Assembly (NCBI GenBank): GCA_017620395.1
Contig: JAFZQJ010000034.1
Coordinates: 1,395-65,394 of the forward strand
Origin: Clostridia bacterium
Lineage (GTDB): Bacteria > Bacillota > Clostridia > Oscillospirales > RGIG8002
DNA: 64,000 bases
Direction: 5' to 3'
Part shown: positions 1-10,891 of the stretch, one piece after another
How the letters are laid out: each line of letters begins with the position of its first letter
Position numbering within the stretch: position 1 is the stretch's first letter
Notes under the pieces: model-generated
The model's database searches: none
What the model saw: only the letters and a program-made list of their open reading frames with translations
Told to the model about the DNA's origin: nothing
Position numbers and translations under genes: made by a program

Positions 1-312
1 GAGTATCACATTCTCGCGATGGAATACGCCACCGAGGAGGAGCTGAAGCTCATCGCCGGCTACTCGCTGCGCATCAACGAGCTGCTCGGCAGCTTCTTCG
101 AGAAGCTCGGCGTGCGGCTGATAGACTTCAAGCTCGAATACGGCCGCACCTCCGACGGTAGCATCGTGCTCGCGGACGAGATCTCGCCCGACACCTGCCG
201 CTTCTGGGATATCGCCACCGGCATGAAGCTCGATAAAGACCGTTTCCGCAGAGATCTCGGCGGCGTCGAGGACGCTTATAACGAGATACTGAAGCGCGTT
301 TTCTCGGAGTAA
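1..312 (+). CDS. purC: SAICAR synthetase, C-terminal fragment (gene begins upstream of window)
   Basis: The frame is open to the window edge. The translation (..[32 protein letters not shown]..) matches a PurC C-terminus and heads the pur operon. Confidence 0.85.
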   Translation, partial: EYHILAMEYATEEELKLIAGYSLRINELLGSFFEKLGVRLIDFKLEYGRTSDGSIVLADEISPDTCRFWDIATGMKLDKDRFRRDLGGVEDAYNEILKRVFSE

Positions 313-348
313 TTATCCGTCTGTTCAGGTCAAAAAGTGAGGTTACCT

Positions 349-1770
349 ATGTTTGACAAAATCCATGAAGAATGCGGAGTATTCGGCGTCTACGCCGACA
401 AAAAGACCGACGTCGCGGGGCTTTGCTACTACGGCCTTTTCGCTCTGCAGCACAGAGGGCAGGAGAGCTGCGGCATCTACGTCAACGACGACGGCGTGAT
501 AAACGGCTACAAGGCCGCCGGCATCGTCAACGACGTCTTCACGCGTCCGGTGCTCGAATCGCTCGGGCAGGGGAGCATGGCGCTCGCCCACGTCCGCTAC
601 GGCACTGCCGGCAGCAGCGGCAGCAAGAACGCCCAGCCCGTGCAGATAAACCACATCAAGGGCAGCATGGCGCTCGCCTATAACGGCAACATCGCCAACG
701 CGATGAGCCTGCGCGAGAAGCTCGAAAGCACCGGTTCCATCTTCCACACCACCGGCGACGCCGAGGTCATCGCCTACGTCGTCACCCGCGAGAGGATGAA
801 CGCGCCCTCCATCGAAGCGGCAGTCTCCGCCACGATGAAGCAGCTTGTCGGCGCGTATTCCATAGTGCTCATGTCCCCGCGCAAGCTCGTCGCCGCGCGC
901 GATCCTATGGGCTTCCATCCGCTCTGCATCGGTCAGAAGGACGGAATGTACGTCGTCGCCTCCGAGACCTGCGCGCTCGACTCCGTCGGCGCGAAGTTCC
1001 TCCGCGACGTCGAGCCGGGCGAGATCGTGATAATCGATGAAGACGGCGTCCGCTCCGACAAGAGCAACTGCATAGAAGGCAAAAAATCGCTCTGCGTTTT
1101 CGAGTTCGTATACTTCGCGCGTCCCGACTCGGTCGTCGACGGCAGCTCGGTGCATATCGCGCGCCGCCGCGCGGGCGCTATGCTCGCCCTGCGCCATCCC
1201 GTCAACGCCGACGTCGTCATCGGCACGCCGGACAGCGGCATAGACGCCGCGATTGGCTACGCGAACGAATCCGGTATTCCCTACGCCGTCGGGCTCATCA
1301 AGAACAAGTACATCGGCAGGACGTTTATAGACATCGGCCAGGACTACCGTATGGACCGCGTCAAGATCAAGCTTAACGCCGTCTCCGCGGTCGTGAAGGA
1401 CAAGCGCGTCATCCTCGTCGACGACAGCATCGTGCGCGGCACCACCAGCGCCCGCATCGTCAAGATGCTGAAGGACGCGGGCGCGAAAGAGGTGCATCTG
1501 CGCATCTCCTCGCCGCCGTTCCTCTATCCCTGCTACTTCGGCACGGATATCGACTCGCAGGACGTGCTGATCGCCTGCAAGCATCCGGTCGAGGAGATCG
1601 CGAAGATCGTCGGCGCCGACTCGCTCGGCTACCTCGCGATAGAGGATATGCCCAAGCTCGCGTATAACACCAAGCTCGAGATATGCGACGCCTGCTTCAC
1701 CGGCGAATACCCGATAGACGTCCCGAAGGAGCAGAAGAGCTTCCGTTTCGAGAAAAAGATTTCGGAGTGA
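349..1770 (+). CDS. purF: Amidophosphoribosyltransferase
   Basis: Has the N-terminal M..CGVFGV Ntn-glutamine amidotransferase motif and the PRTase loop [16 protein letters not shown] 349 is preferred over the track's GTG 337. Confidence 0.95.
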   Translation: MFDKIHEECGVFGVYADKKTDVAGLCYYGLFALQHRGQESCGIYVNDDGVINGYKAAGIVNDVFTRPVLESLGQGSMALAHVRYGTAGSSGSKNAQPVQINHIKGSMALAYNGNIANAMSLREKLESTGSIFHTTGDAEVIAYVVTRERMNAPSIEAAVSATMKQLVGAYSIVLMSPRKLVAARDPMGFHPLCIGQKDGMYVVASETCALDSVGAKFLRDVEPGEIVIIDEDGVRSDKSNCIEGKKSLCVFEFVYFARPDSVVDGSSVHIARRRAGAMLALRHPVNADVVIGTPDSGIDAAIGYANESGIPYAVGLIKNKYIGRTFIDIGQDYRMDRVKIKLNAVSAVVKDKRVILVDDSIVRGTTSARIVKMLKDAGAKEVHLRISSPPFLYPCYFGTDIDSQDVLIACKHPVEEIAKIVGADSLGYLAIEDMPKLAYNTKLEICDACFTGEYPIDVPKEQKSFRFEKKISE

Positions 1771-1774
1771 TAAT

Positions 1775-2809
1775 ATGGAAAAGAGCTACAGCGAGAGCTA
1801 TAAAAACGCGGGAGTCGACATAACCGCGGGCTACGAGGCCGTCCGGCTTATGAAGGACAGCATCGCGCGCACGGTAACTCCGGGCGTGCTTTCCGGACTC
1901 GGCGGCTTCGGCGGCCTGTTTCAGCCCGACCTTTCGGGTATTAAGCGCCCCGTGCTCGTTTCCGGCACCGACGGAGTAGGCACGAAGCTGAAGCTGGCGT
2001 TCCTGCTGGATAAGCACGACACCGTCGGCATCGACTGCGTCGCGATGTGCGTCAACGACGTCATCTGCTGCGGGGCGAAGCCGCTGTTCTTCCTCGACTA
2101 TATCGCGCTCGGCAAAAACGTGCCGCAGCGCGTCGCGGATATCGTCGCCGGCGTCGCGGAGGGCTGCGTGCAGTCCGGCGCCGCGCTCATCGGAGGCGAG
2201 ACCGCCGAAATGCCCGGCTTTTACCCCGAGGACGAATACGACCTCGCGGGCTTCTGCGTCGGAGTCGCGGACGCGGATAGGATAATCGACAAAGAGCGCG
2301 TCGAAACCGGCGACGTTATCATCGCGCTGCCGTCTTCGGGCGTCCACTCGAACGGCTTTTCGCTCGTTCGCAAGGTCTTCGACGTCGAGCGCGCCGACCT
2401 CCGCGCCTACGCCGACCGCCTCGGCAAGCCGCTCGGCGAATGCCTGCTGACGCCTACGAAGATATACGTCAAGCCGATGCTTGCGCTGTTCGGCTCCGTC
2501 GACGTAAAGGGGGTTTCCCACATCACCGGCGGAGGCTTCTACGAGAATATCCCGCGCGCGCTGCCTGAGGGCAAATGCGCGAGGATAGACCGCGCTTCGC
2601 TGCGCGTTCCGCCCATATTCGGCCTCATCGCCGAGAAGGGCGGTATCCCCGAGCGCGATATGTTCAACACCTACAATATGGGCGTCGGCATGAGCGTCAT
2701 CGTTCCCGCCGCCCAGGCGGACGAGGCGCTGCGCGTGCTGAAAAACGCGGGCGAGGACGCGTACGTCATCGGCGAGGTCGCCGAGGGCGACGGCGTCGTT
2801 ATCGAATAA
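1775..2809 (+). CDS. purM: Phosphoribosylformylglycinamidine cyclo-ligase (AIR synthetase)
   Basis: 344 aa with GGFGGLF and GTDGVGTKL motifs. A GGAG SD lies 7 nt upstream. Confidence 0.95.
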   Translation: MEKSYSESYKNAGVDITAGYEAVRLMKDSIARTVTPGVLSGLGGFGGLFQPDLSGIKRPVLVSGTDGVGTKLKLAFLLDKHDTVGIDCVAMCVNDVICCGAKPLFFLDYIALGKNVPQRVADIVAGVAEGCVQSGAALIGGETAEMPGFYPEDEYDLAGFCVGVADADRIIDKERVETGDVIIALPSSGVHSNGFSLVRKVFDVERADLRAYADRLGKPLGECLLTPTKIYVKPMLALFGSVDVKGVSHITGGGFYENIPRALPEGKCARIDRASLRVPPIFGLIAEKGGIPERDMFNTYNMGVGMSVIVPAAQADEALRVLKNAGEDAYVIGEVAEGDGVVIE

Positions 2810-2821
2810 GGAGAAACTGCT

Positions 2822-3409
2822 ATGATTGACGGAAGAGTCGCGGTGCTCGTCTCCGGAGGCGGCACGAACCTGCAGGCGCTGATAGACGCGCAGAAAAAGG
2901 GGATAATCAGGAGCGGCCGCATCGTGCTCGTCGTTTCCAGCAACCCCGACGCATACGCGCTTACGCGCGCGAAGAAGGCGGATATCCCGACCTTCGTCGC
3001 GGAGAAGGGCGCAAATTTCGAGAAGAGCATCATCGCCGCGATAGAGGAGGCGAAGGCGGATTTCATCGTCCTCGCCGGTTTCATGAAGATACTCAGCGCG
3101 GATTTCGTCCGGCGCTATGAGAGAAGGATAATCAACGTCCATCCGGCGCTCATCCCCTCCTTCTGCGGCGAGGGATTTTACGGCCTTAAGGTGCATCAGG
3201 CGGCGCTGGACTACGGCGTGAAGGTCACCGGCGCGACGGTGCATTTCGTCAACGAGATACCCGACGGCGGCGAAATAATCGCGCAGAAGGCGGTCGCGAT
3301 CCGCGAGGACGATACCGCCGAAACTTTGCAAAAACGTGTTATGCGGCTTGCGGAGCACAAGATACTTCCGCTCGCGCTTGAAAAATGCCTGAGTGAAGCC
3401 CGTCGCTGA
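2822..3409 (+). CDS. purN: Phosphoribosylglycinamide formyltransferase
   Basis: 195 aa with VLVSGGGTNLQALID and INVHPALIPSF motifs. Confidence 0.93.
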   Translation: MIDGRVAVLVSGGGTNLQALIDAQKKGIIRSGRIVLVVSSNPDAYALTRAKKADIPTFVAEKGANFEKSIIAAIEEAKADFIVLAGFMKILSADFVRRYERRIINVHPALIPSFCGEGFYGLKVHQAALDYGVKVTGATVHFVNEIPDGGEIIAQKAVAIREDDTAETLQKRVMRLAEHKILPLALEKCLSEARR

Positions 3410-3431
3410 CGGGGGAGAAAGGAGCAAAACA

Positions 3432-4115
3432 ATGGTTGAACTGAAAGAGTATTTATCGTCAAACGTCTATCCCGGCAGAGGGATAATCATCGGCAGAACT
3501 TCCGACGGCAGCGCCGCTGTCGCGTACTTCATCATGGGGCGCAGCGTCAACAGCCGCAACCGCGTCTTCGTCGCGGACGGCGACGGCATACGCACCGAGG
3601 CGAAGGATCCCTCCAAGCTTGTCGATCCGTCGCTCATCATATACTCGCCGGTCAGAGTCATCGGCGACAAGCTGATAGTTACGAACGGCGACCAGACCGA
3701 TACGATCTATGATTTCATAGCGGACGGCAAGACATTCGAGCAGGCGCTCGACACCCGCTGCTACGAGCCGGACGAGCCGAATTTCACCCCGCGCATCAGC
3801 GGCATGCTCGACGAAAGCGACGGCTCCTATAAGCTCAGCATCCTGCGCTGCAAAAAGGGTGAATGCGAGCGCGTTTACCGCGATTACGCGCCCGTTCCGG
3901 GCGCCGGACACATAATCCACACCTACGATTCGGACGGCTCGCCGATCCCCTCCTTCTCGGGAGATCCCGTCGAGGTTCGTATCCCCGACAGCATCGAGGA
4001 GTTCACCTCGATCCTCTGGGAGAATCTCAACGAAGACAACAAGGTCTCGCTTTTCGTCAGATACGTCAGTTCCAAAAACGGCATCGGCGAAACGAAGATC
4101 ATCAACAAGTATTGA
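3432..4115 (+). CDS. purO: IMP cyclohydrolase, archaeal PurO-type
   Basis: Motifs YPGRGIIIGR..VAY..GRS.NSRNR, NGDQTDTI and YEPDEPNFTPRISG resemble PurO as recalled from Methanocaldococcus. ATG 3432 follows a GGAG SD, and the track start at 3393 overlaps purN. Confidence 0.8.
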   Translation: MVELKEYLSSNVYPGRGIIIGRTSDGSAAVAYFIMGRSVNSRNRVFVADGDGIRTEAKDPSKLVDPSLIIYSPVRVIGDKLIVTNGDQTDTIYDFIADGKTFEQALDTRCYEPDEPNFTPRISGMLDESDGSYKLSILRCKKGECERVYRDYAPVPGAGHIIHTYDSDGSPIPSFSGDPVEVRIPDSIEEFTSILWENLNEDNKVSLFVRYVSSKNGIGETKIINKY

Positions 4116-4133
4116 TAAACGGAGGAAGCGAAA

Positions 4134-5306
4134 ATGAAAGAGTTCACCCTGAAATACGGCTGCAATCCCAACCAGTCGCCCGCGCGTATATTCGTCGAGA
4201 ACGGCGAGCTGCCCGTTGAAGTCCTCAACGGCAGACCCGGCTATATCAATTTCCTCGACGCGTTCAACTCCTGGCAGCTCGTCAAGGAGCTGAAGGCGGC
4301 GCTCGGGCTTCCCGCCGCGGCGTCCTTCAAGCACGTCAGCCCCGCCGGAGCGGCGGTCGGACTTCCGCTTTCCGACGTGCTGCGTCAGATATACTTCACC
4401 GGCGACGGCGGGCTTTCGCCGCTTGCCTGCGCCTACGCCAGAGCGCGCGGCGCGGACAGAATGTCCTCCTTCGGCGACTGGATCGCGCTTTCCGACGTCT
4501 GCGACCTTTCCACCGCGAAGCTTATTCAGCACGAAGTATCCGACGGCGTGATCGCCCCCGGCTACGACGACGACGCGCTCGAGGTGCTGAAATCCAAGCG
4601 CAAGGGCAACTACAATATCGTGAAGATCGACCCCGAATACGTTCCTCCGAAAACGGAGGTCAAGCAGGTCTTCGGCGTTTCCTTCGAGCAGGGGAGAAAC
4701 GACCTCGAGATAAGCGAAAAGCTGCTCGAAAACGTAGTCACCGCCAACAAAGAGTTCCCCGAGAGCGCGAAGCGCGACCTAATCCTCGCGCTCATCACGC
4801 TGAAATATACCCAGTCAAACTCCGTCTGCTACGCGAAGGACGGTCAGGCGATCGGCGTAGGCGCCGGTCAGCAGTCGCGCATCCACTGCACCCGTCTCGC
4901 CGGCACGAAGGCGGATAACTGGCATCTGCGCCAGCATCCGAAGGTGCTCGCTCTGCCGTTCCGCGAGGATATAGCCCGCCCGAACAGGGACAACGCCATC
5001 GACGTTTACATCTCCGAGTTTTACGAAGACGTCATCGGCGACGGGGTCTGGCAGGAGTGCTTCACCCGCAAGCCCGAGCCGCTTACCCCCGCGGAGAAGC
5101 GCGAGTTTCTCGACGGCGTGAAGGGCGTTTCGCTCGGCAGCGACGCGTTCTTCCCCTTCGGCGACAACATCGAGCGCGCCGTCAAGAGCGGCGTGCAGTA
5201 CATCTCCGAGCCCGGCGGCTCGATCCGCGACGAACAGGTCATCGAGACCTGCGACCGCTTCGGCGTGACGATGGCGTTCAGCGGCGTCCGCCTGTTCCAC
5301 CACTGA
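4134..5306 (+). CDS. purH: AICAR formyltransferase (PurH transformylase domain only, no MGS-like IMPCH domain)
   Basis: 390 aa with KHVSPAGAA, GVGAGQQSRI and SDAFFPF motifs of the AICARFT half of PurH. It sits next to the purO-type gene. Confidence 0.88.
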   Translation: MKEFTLKYGCNPNQSPARIFVENGELPVEVLNGRPGYINFLDAFNSWQLVKELKAALGLPAAASFKHVSPAGAAVGLPLSDVLRQIYFTGDGGLSPLACAYARARGADRMSSFGDWIALSDVCDLSTAKLIQHEVSDGVIAPGYDDDALEVLKSKRKGNYNIVKIDPEYVPPKTEVKQVFGVSFEQGRNDLEISEKLLENVVTANKEFPESAKRDLILALITLKYTQSNSVCYAKDGQAIGVGAGQQSRIHCTRLAGTKADNWHLRQHPKVLALPFREDIARPNRDNAIDVYISEFYEDVIGDGVWQECFTRKPEPLTPAEKREFLDGVKGVSLGSDAFFPFGDNIERAVKSGVQYISEPGGSIRDEQVIETCDRFGVTMAFSGVRLFHH

Positions 5307-5331
5307 TAAACCAACCAAAGGAGAGCCTGCG

Positions 5332-6597
5332 ATGAAGGTGCTCGTTGTCGGAAGCGGCGGCAGAGAACACGCCGTGATAAAGAAGCTGCGCGAAAGCGCG
5401 CTTGTCGATAAGATATACGCGCTGCCCGGAAACGGCGGCATCGCGCAGGACGCCGAATGCGTCCCGATAGGCGCGATGGAGCTGGAGAAGATCCGCGACT
5501 TCGCGGTCGAAAAGGGGATAGGCCTCGCCGTCGTGACGCCGGACGACCCGCTTGTCGCCGGCGCCGTCGACCTGCTCGAGGCCGCGGGAGTGCCCGCCTT
5601 CGGGCCCTGCAAAGCCGCCGCCGCGATAGAGGGCAGCAAGGCGTTCGCCAAGGAGCTGATGAAGAAATACGGCATCCCGACGGCGCGCTACGAGGTGTTC
5701 ACCGATTGCGAAAAGGCGCTCGAATACGCCGCCTCCGCGCCAATGCCCTTCGTCGTCAAGGCGGACGGGCTCGCGCTCGGCAAGGGCGTCGTGATCCCCG
5801 CGACGAGGGAAGAGGCGCTCGCCGCCGTCCGCTCGATGATGTCGGGCGAGGCGTTCGGCGACAGCGGCAGAACGGTCGTCATCGAGGAGTTCCTCGAGGG
5901 GCCGGAGGTCTCCGTTCTCGCCTTCACCGACGGCAAAACGATCGTGCCGATGGTGTCCTCGATGGATCACAAACGCGCCCTCGACGGCGACAAGGGCCTG
6001 AACACCGGCGGTATGGGCACGGTCGCGCCCAACCCCTACTACACCGACGCCGTCGCGAAGGAGTGCATGGAACGCATATTCCTGCCCACCGTCGCGGCGA
6101 TGAACGCCGAAGGCCGCCCATTCAAGGGCTGCCTCTATTTCGGGCTCATGATAACCGAAAACGGCCCGAAGGTCATCGAATACAACTGCCGCTTCGGCGA
6201 TCCCGAAACGCAGGTCGTGCTCCCGCTGCTGGAGGGCGACCTTGCGCGGATAATGCTCGCCGTCCGTAACGGCACGCTCGCGGATGAAAGAGTATCCTTT
6301 TCGGATAAGCGCGCCGCCTGCGTGATCCTCGCCTCCGGCGGCTACCCGAAGGCGTACAAAAAGGGCTGCCCGATCACGATAGGCGACGTCGGCGATGCCG
6401 TCGTCTACCACGCCGGCACGAAGCTGACGGAGGACGGACTCGTTACCTCCGGCGGCAGAGTCATGGGCGTGACTGCCGTCGGCGAAACGCTGCGGCAGGC
6501 GCTCGACAGGGCTTACGCCGCCGCGGATAATATCAGCTTTGAAAATATGTATAAGCGGAGCGACATAGGCGCGAGAGCGCTTAAGGCCGCCGAATAA
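5332..6597 (+). CDS. purD: Phosphoribosylamine-glycine ligase
   Basis: 421 aa. The start MKVLVVGSGGREHA and the ATP-grasp core are typical of PurD. Confidence 0.95.
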   Translation: MKVLVVGSGGREHAVIKKLRESALVDKIYALPGNGGIAQDAECVPIGAMELEKIRDFAVEKGIGLAVVTPDDPLVAGAVDLLEAAGVPAFGPCKAAAAIEGSKAFAKELMKKYGIPTARYEVFTDCEKALEYAASAPMPFVVKADGLALGKGVVIPATREEALAAVRSMMSGEAFGDSGRTVVIEEFLEGPEVSVLAFTDGKTIVPMVSSMDHKRALDGDKGLNTGGMGTVAPNPYYTDAVAKECMERIFLPTVAAMNAEGRPFKGCLYFGLMITENGPKVIEYNCRFGDPETQVVLPLLEGDLARIMLAVRNGTLADERVSFSDKRAACVILASGGYPKAYKKGCPITIGDVGDAVVYHAGTKLTEDGLVTSGGRVMGVTAVGETLRQALDRAYAAADNISFENMYKRSDIGARALKAAE

Positions 6598-6609
6598 CGG
6601 GAGAAGATT

Positions 6610-9600
6610 ATGGTATTTCGTGTTTTCACCGAGAGAAAGCGCGGCTTCGCCGCGGAGGCGGCGCGGACGCTTTCGGATATAAGAGAACTGCTCGGCGTGA
6701 CCTCCGTCACGGGTGTGCGCCTGCTCAACCGCTACGACGCGGAGGGTATGAGCGAAGCGGATTTCCGCGCCTGCCTGACGACCGTCTTTTCCGAGCCGCA
6801 GATGGACGATATCCTGTTCGAAGTGCCGCAGGGGAACTACACGGCGTTCGCCGTCGAATACCTGCCGGGGCAGTTCGATCAGCGCGCCGATTCCTGCGCG
6901 CAGTGCATCCAGCTCGCCTGCGGAGGCGAGCGCCCGGCCGTGCGAAGCGGCAAGGTCTACCTGCTCGAAGGCGACGTCACCCCCGCTCAGCTCGAAGCGG
7001 TGAAAAAGTACATCATCAATCCCGTCGAGAGCCGCGAGGCGTCCTTCGACAAGCCGGAAACGCTGCGTATGGACGCCGACGCGCCCGCGGACGTCGCGGT
7101 TCTGGACGGCTTCACGCGGCTTGACGACGCGGGGCTCGACAAGGTCATCGCGGACTACCGCCTCGCGATGGATCACGCGGATATCGCCTTCTGCCGCGAC
7201 TACTTCCGCGGAGAAGGGCGCGATCCGTCGCTTACCGAGCTGCGTATGCTCGATACCTACTGGTCCGACCACTGCCGCCACACCACCTTCGGCACGGTTA
7301 TCGAGAGCGTCGAGCTTGCCGATCCCGCCGTCGCGGCGGCTTACGCGCGCTTTGAGGATATGCGCCGCGAGCTCGGCAGGACGAAGCCCGTCACGCTTAT
7401 GGAACTCGCGACTATCGGCGCGAAATATCTGAAAGCGAAGGGACTGCTGACCGACCTCGACGAATCCGAGGAGATCAACGCCTGCACAGTGAAGATAAAA
7501 GCCGTCGTCGACGGCGAGGCGCAGGACTGGCTGCTGCTCTTCAAAAACGAAACGCACAACCACCCGACCGAGATCGAGCCCTTCGGCGGAGCCGCCACCT
7601 GCATCGGCGGCGCGATTCGCGATCCGCTCTCCGGCAGGGCTTACGTATACCAGGCGATGCGCGTGACCGGCGCGTCCGACCCGACCGTTCCGATATCGGA
7701 AACGCTATCCGGCAAGCTGCCGCAGCGCAAGATAGTTACCGAAGCGGCGGCGGGATATTCATCTTACGGCAACCAGATCGGGCTCGCGACCGGGCTCGTT
7801 GACGAAATATACCATCCCGGCTACGCCGCGAAGCGCATGGAGATCGGCGCGGTCGTCGGCGCGGCTCCCGCGCGCAACGTGCGGCGCGAAGTTCCCGCCC
7901 CGGGCGACGTCGTGATCCTGCTCGGCGGCAGAACCGGACGCGACGGCTGCGGCGGCGCGACCGGATCGTCTAAATCCCACTCCGTCGCCTCGCTCGAGCA
8001 GTGCGGCGCGGAGGTGCAGAAGGGCAACGCGCCCGAGGAGCGCAAGCTCCAGCGCCTCTTCCGAAACAGCGAGGCCGCGCGGCTGATAAAGCGCTGCAAC
8101 GACTTCGGCGCTGGCGGCGTATCCGTCGCCATCGGCGAGCTCGCTGACGGCATGGAGATCAACCTCGACCTCGTTCCGAAGAAGTACGACGGGCTCGACG
8201 GCACCGAGCTCGCGATAAGCGAATCGCAGGAGCGTATGGCGGTCGTGCTCGCGGCCGCGGACAAGGCGCGCTTCCTCGAGCTCGCCGCGGGCGAGAACCT
8301 CGAGGCCGTGCAGGTCGCGGAGATAACCGCCGAACCCCGCCTCGTCATGAAATGGCGCGGCAAAACCATAGTCGATATCTCGCGCGAGTTCCTCAATTCC
8401 AGCGGCGCGCCGAAATACACCTCCGTCAGGGTGGACGCTCCCGCGCCCGAAGCGGAAGCGCCCGTCGAAGGCGGCTTTGCGGAGCGCGTCAAGGCGCTCG
8501 CCTCGGACCTCAACGTCTGCTCCAAGCGCGGACTTTCCGAGCGCTTCGACTCGACCATAGGCGCGGCGACGCTGCTTTCGCCCTTCGGCGGAAAGCGCAG
8601 ACGCACTCCCGCGCAGGCGATGGCGGCGCTGCTTCCCGCGGACGGCGAGACCGACGCCTGCTCGATAATGGCGTACGGCTTCGAGCCGTACCGCACCGAA
8701 CGCGATCCCTACGCCGGCTCGTATACCGCCGTCGCGCAGTCTGTGGCGAAGGTCATCGCCGCGGGCGGCAAACGCGCGAATACGCATCTTACTTTCCAGG
8801 AATACTTTCAGCGGCTCGGCTCGGCGCCGGAAAACTGGGGCAAGCCGTTCGCCGCGCTGCTCGGCGCGCTCGACGCGCAGATAGACCTCTCCCTCGCCGC
8901 GATCGGCGGCAAGGACTCGATGAGCGGCAGCTTTGAGAAGTTCCATGTTCCGCCTACGCTCGTTTCTTTCGCCGTCGCGTCCGGCGTTCAGTCCGACGTC
9001 ATCGCGCCGGAGTTCAAACGCGCCGGAGCGCGCGTCTTCCTGCTCCGTCCGGACGAAGAGGGCGGCAGACCAACCGCCGCGGGACTGACCACCGCGTTCG
9101 ATTATGCGGAAAAACTCATCGCGGATAAGAAGGCGGTTTCCGCCTACGTCGTCGGCGGCAAGGGCGCCGCCGAGGGCGTGATGAAGTGCTGCTTCGGCAA
9201 CGGGCTCGGCTTCGCCTTCGCGGACGGCGCGGATCCCTTCGCGCCGCACGCCTGCTCCTTCATTCTTGAGGCCGCCGACGGCTTCGAGCCGCGGGCCGCA
9301 GAGGGCTTTGAAATCTCGCTGCTCGGCGTTGTTACAGGCGAATACACGATCGCGTTCGGAAACGAAAAGGCCGATTTAAGCGAAATCGAAGCGCTCTACG
9401 AGGGCCGCCTCGAATCCGTCTTCCACAGCTTTGCCGCGCCGGCGGAAAAACCGCCCGTGCTCGCGTATGAAGGCAAAAGCGCCGCCGCTCCGGCGGTGCT
9501 GACCGCGAAGCCGCGCGTTTTCATACCCGTCTTCCCGGGCACGAACTGCGAATACGACACCGCCCGCGCCTTTGAGAAGGCCGGCGCGGAGCCGGACGTC

Positions 9601-10308
9601 TTCGTTCTCCGCAACCTCACCGCCGCGGATATCGCCGCCTCCGCTTCGGAAGCGGCGCGCCGCATAGCGCGGTCGCAGATCATATTCATCCCCGGCGGAT
9701 TTTCCGGCGGCGACGAGCCGGACGGAAGCGGCAAGTTCATCACCGCGTTCTTCCGCAGTCCCGCCGTCAGCGAAGCGACGGGCGAGCTGCTCGACGTCCG
9801 CAAAGGACTTATGGGCGGCATCTGCAACGGCTTCCAGGCGCTCGTAAAGCTCGGGCTGCTGCCTTACGGCCGCATCAGAGAAGCGACCTCCGACTCCCCG
9901 ACGCTGACCTACAACGTCATCGGCAGACACCAGTCGCGTATGGTGCTGACCCGCGTCGCGTCCGCGCTCTCGCCCTGGCTTTCCGCCTGCGAGGTCGGCG
10001 ACGTCCATCTCGTTCCCGTATCCCACGGCGAAGGCCGCTTCGTCGCGCCGGAGCCGCTGCTGCGCGAGCTCGCGGATAACGGGCAGATCGCGACTCAGTA
10101 CTGCGACGCGGATGGAACGCCCTCCGGCGATATCGAATACAACCCCAACGGTTCCTACTGGGCGGTGGAGGGCATAACCTCCGCCGACGGCCGCATCTTC
10201 GGCAAGATGGGGCACAGCGAACGCGTTTACGGCAAGCTTTACAAAAACATACCCCACACGCGCGAGAACGGAATGTTCGCCTCGGCGGTGAGGTATTTCA
10301 AGGGTTGA
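6610..10308 (+). CDS. purL: Phosphoribosylformylglycinamidine synthase, single-chain (fused PurL/PurQ type)
   Basis: 1232 aa with an FGAM synthetase core (NHPTEIEPFGGAATCIGG) and a C-terminal glutaminase (GGFSGGDE, GICNGFQ, SHGEG). Confidence 0.93.
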   Translation: MVFRVFTERKRGFAAEAARTLSDIRELLGVTSVTGVRLLNRYDAEGMSEADFRACLTTVFSEPQMDDILFEVPQGNYTAFAVEYLPGQFDQRADSCAQCIQLACGGERPAVRSGKVYLLEGDVTPAQLEAVKKYIINPVESREASFDKPETLRMDADAPADVAVLDGFTRLDDAGLDKVIADYRLAMDHADIAFCRDYFRGEGRDPSLTELRMLDTYWSDHCRHTTFGTVIESVELADPAVAAAYARFEDMRRELGRTKPVTLMELATIGAKYLKAKGLLTDLDESEEINACTVKIKAVVDGEAQDWLLLFKNETHNHPTEIEPFGGAATCIGGAIRDPLSGRAYVYQAMRVTGASDPTVPISETLSGKLPQRKIVTEAAAGYSSYGNQIGLATGLVDEIYHPGYAAKRMEIGAVVGAAPARNVRREVPAPGDVVILLGGRTGRDGCGGATGSSKSHSVASLEQCGAEVQKGNAPEERKLQRLFRNSEAARLIKRCNDFGAGGVSVAIGELADGMEINLDLVPKKYDGLDGTELAISESQERMAVVLAAADKARFLELAAGENLEAVQVAEITAEPRLVMKWRGKTIVDISREFLNSSGAPKYTSVRVDAPAPEAEAPVEGGFAERVKALASDLNVCSKRGLSERFDSTIGAATLLSPFGGKRRRTPAQAMAALLPADGETDACSIMAYGFEPYRTERDPYAGSYTAVAQSVAKVIAAGGKRANTHLTFQEYFQRLGSAPENWGKPFAALLGALDAQIDLSLAAIGGKDSMSGSFEKFHVPPTLVSFAVASGVQSDVIAPEFKRAGARVFLLRPDEEGGRPTAAGLTTAFDYAEKLIADKKAVSAYVVGGKGAAEGVMKCCFGNGLGFAFADGADPFAPHACSFILEAADGFEPRAAEGFEISLLGVVTGEYTIAFGNEKADLSEIEALYEGRLESVFHSFAAPAEKPPVLAYEGKSAAAPAVLTAKPRVFIPVFPGTNCEYDTARAFEKAGAEPDVFVLRNLTAADIAASASEAARRIARSQIIFIPGGFSGGDEPDGSGKFITAFFRSPAVSEATGELLDVRKGLMGGICNGFQALVKLGLLPYGRIREATSDSPTLTYNVIGRHQSRMVLTRVASALSPWLSACEVGDVHLVPVSHGEGRFVAPEPLLRELADNGQIATQYCDADGTPSGDIEYNPNGSYWAVEGITSADGRIFGKMGHSERVYGKLYKNIPHTRENGMFASAVRYFKG

Positions 10309-10309
10309 T

Positions 10310-10819
10310 ATGGACGTAAAGGTGATACGCAGCGACCGCCGCACCGCGTCGGTCGAAATATCGCGGGACCTGACCGTCACCGTCCGCGTGCCGCGGCGCT
10401 TTTCGGACGAGCGGGTGCAGGCGTTCGTCGAACGCAACTCCGGCTGGATAGAGAAGCACCTCAAGGCGCAGCGCGAGCGCAACGCGTGGCTCCGCTTTCC
10501 CGTCGACGCCGATCCCGCGTTACTTCGCGCGGAGGCGGAAAAAGAACTGCCGCCGCTGCTTGAGAAGTATATCGCGCTTACCGGTCTGAAGCCGAAGGCG
10601 GTGAAGGTAAACTCGGCGAAAAAGCGGCTCGGAAGCTGTTCGCCGGACGGCACGATACACTTTTCATACACGCTGATGCTTTACCCGCCCGAAGCGGTCG
10701 AATACGTCGTGCTGCACGAGCTGGCGCACCTGAAGGAACGCAACCATCAGCGCGGCTTTTACGCGCTGATAGAACGCTATATGCCGGACTGGCGCTCCCG
10801 CAGGGCGCTGCTGAAATAG
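10310..10819 (+). CDS. YgjP-like (DUF45/SprT-like) metal-dependent hydrolase
   Basis: 169 aa with an HELAHLKERNH zinc motif near the C-terminus. The ATG is 1 nt after the purL stop, so the two are coupled. Confidence 0.7.
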   Translation: MDVKVIRSDRRTASVEISRDLTVTVRVPRRFSDERVQAFVERNSGWIEKHLKAQRERNAWLRFPVDADPALLRAEAEKELPPLLEKYIALTGLKPKAVKVNSAKKRLGSCSPDGTIHFSYTLMLYPPEAVEYVVLHELAHLKERNHQRGFYALIERYMPDWRSRRALLK

Positions 10820-10844
10820 AGCCGCGGCAAACGGCGGCATAACA

Positions 10845-10880
10845 AAAGGTCTCATCTGCCGGATGAGACCTTTGCTTTTT
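10845..10880. terminator. Bidirectional rho-independent terminator between the ygjP-like (+) and ltaS-like (-) genes
   Basis: AAAGGTCTCATC-tgccg-GATGAGACCTTT with an A-tract before and a T-tract after. Confidence 0.8.
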
Positions 10881-10891
10881 ACTGATCACTA

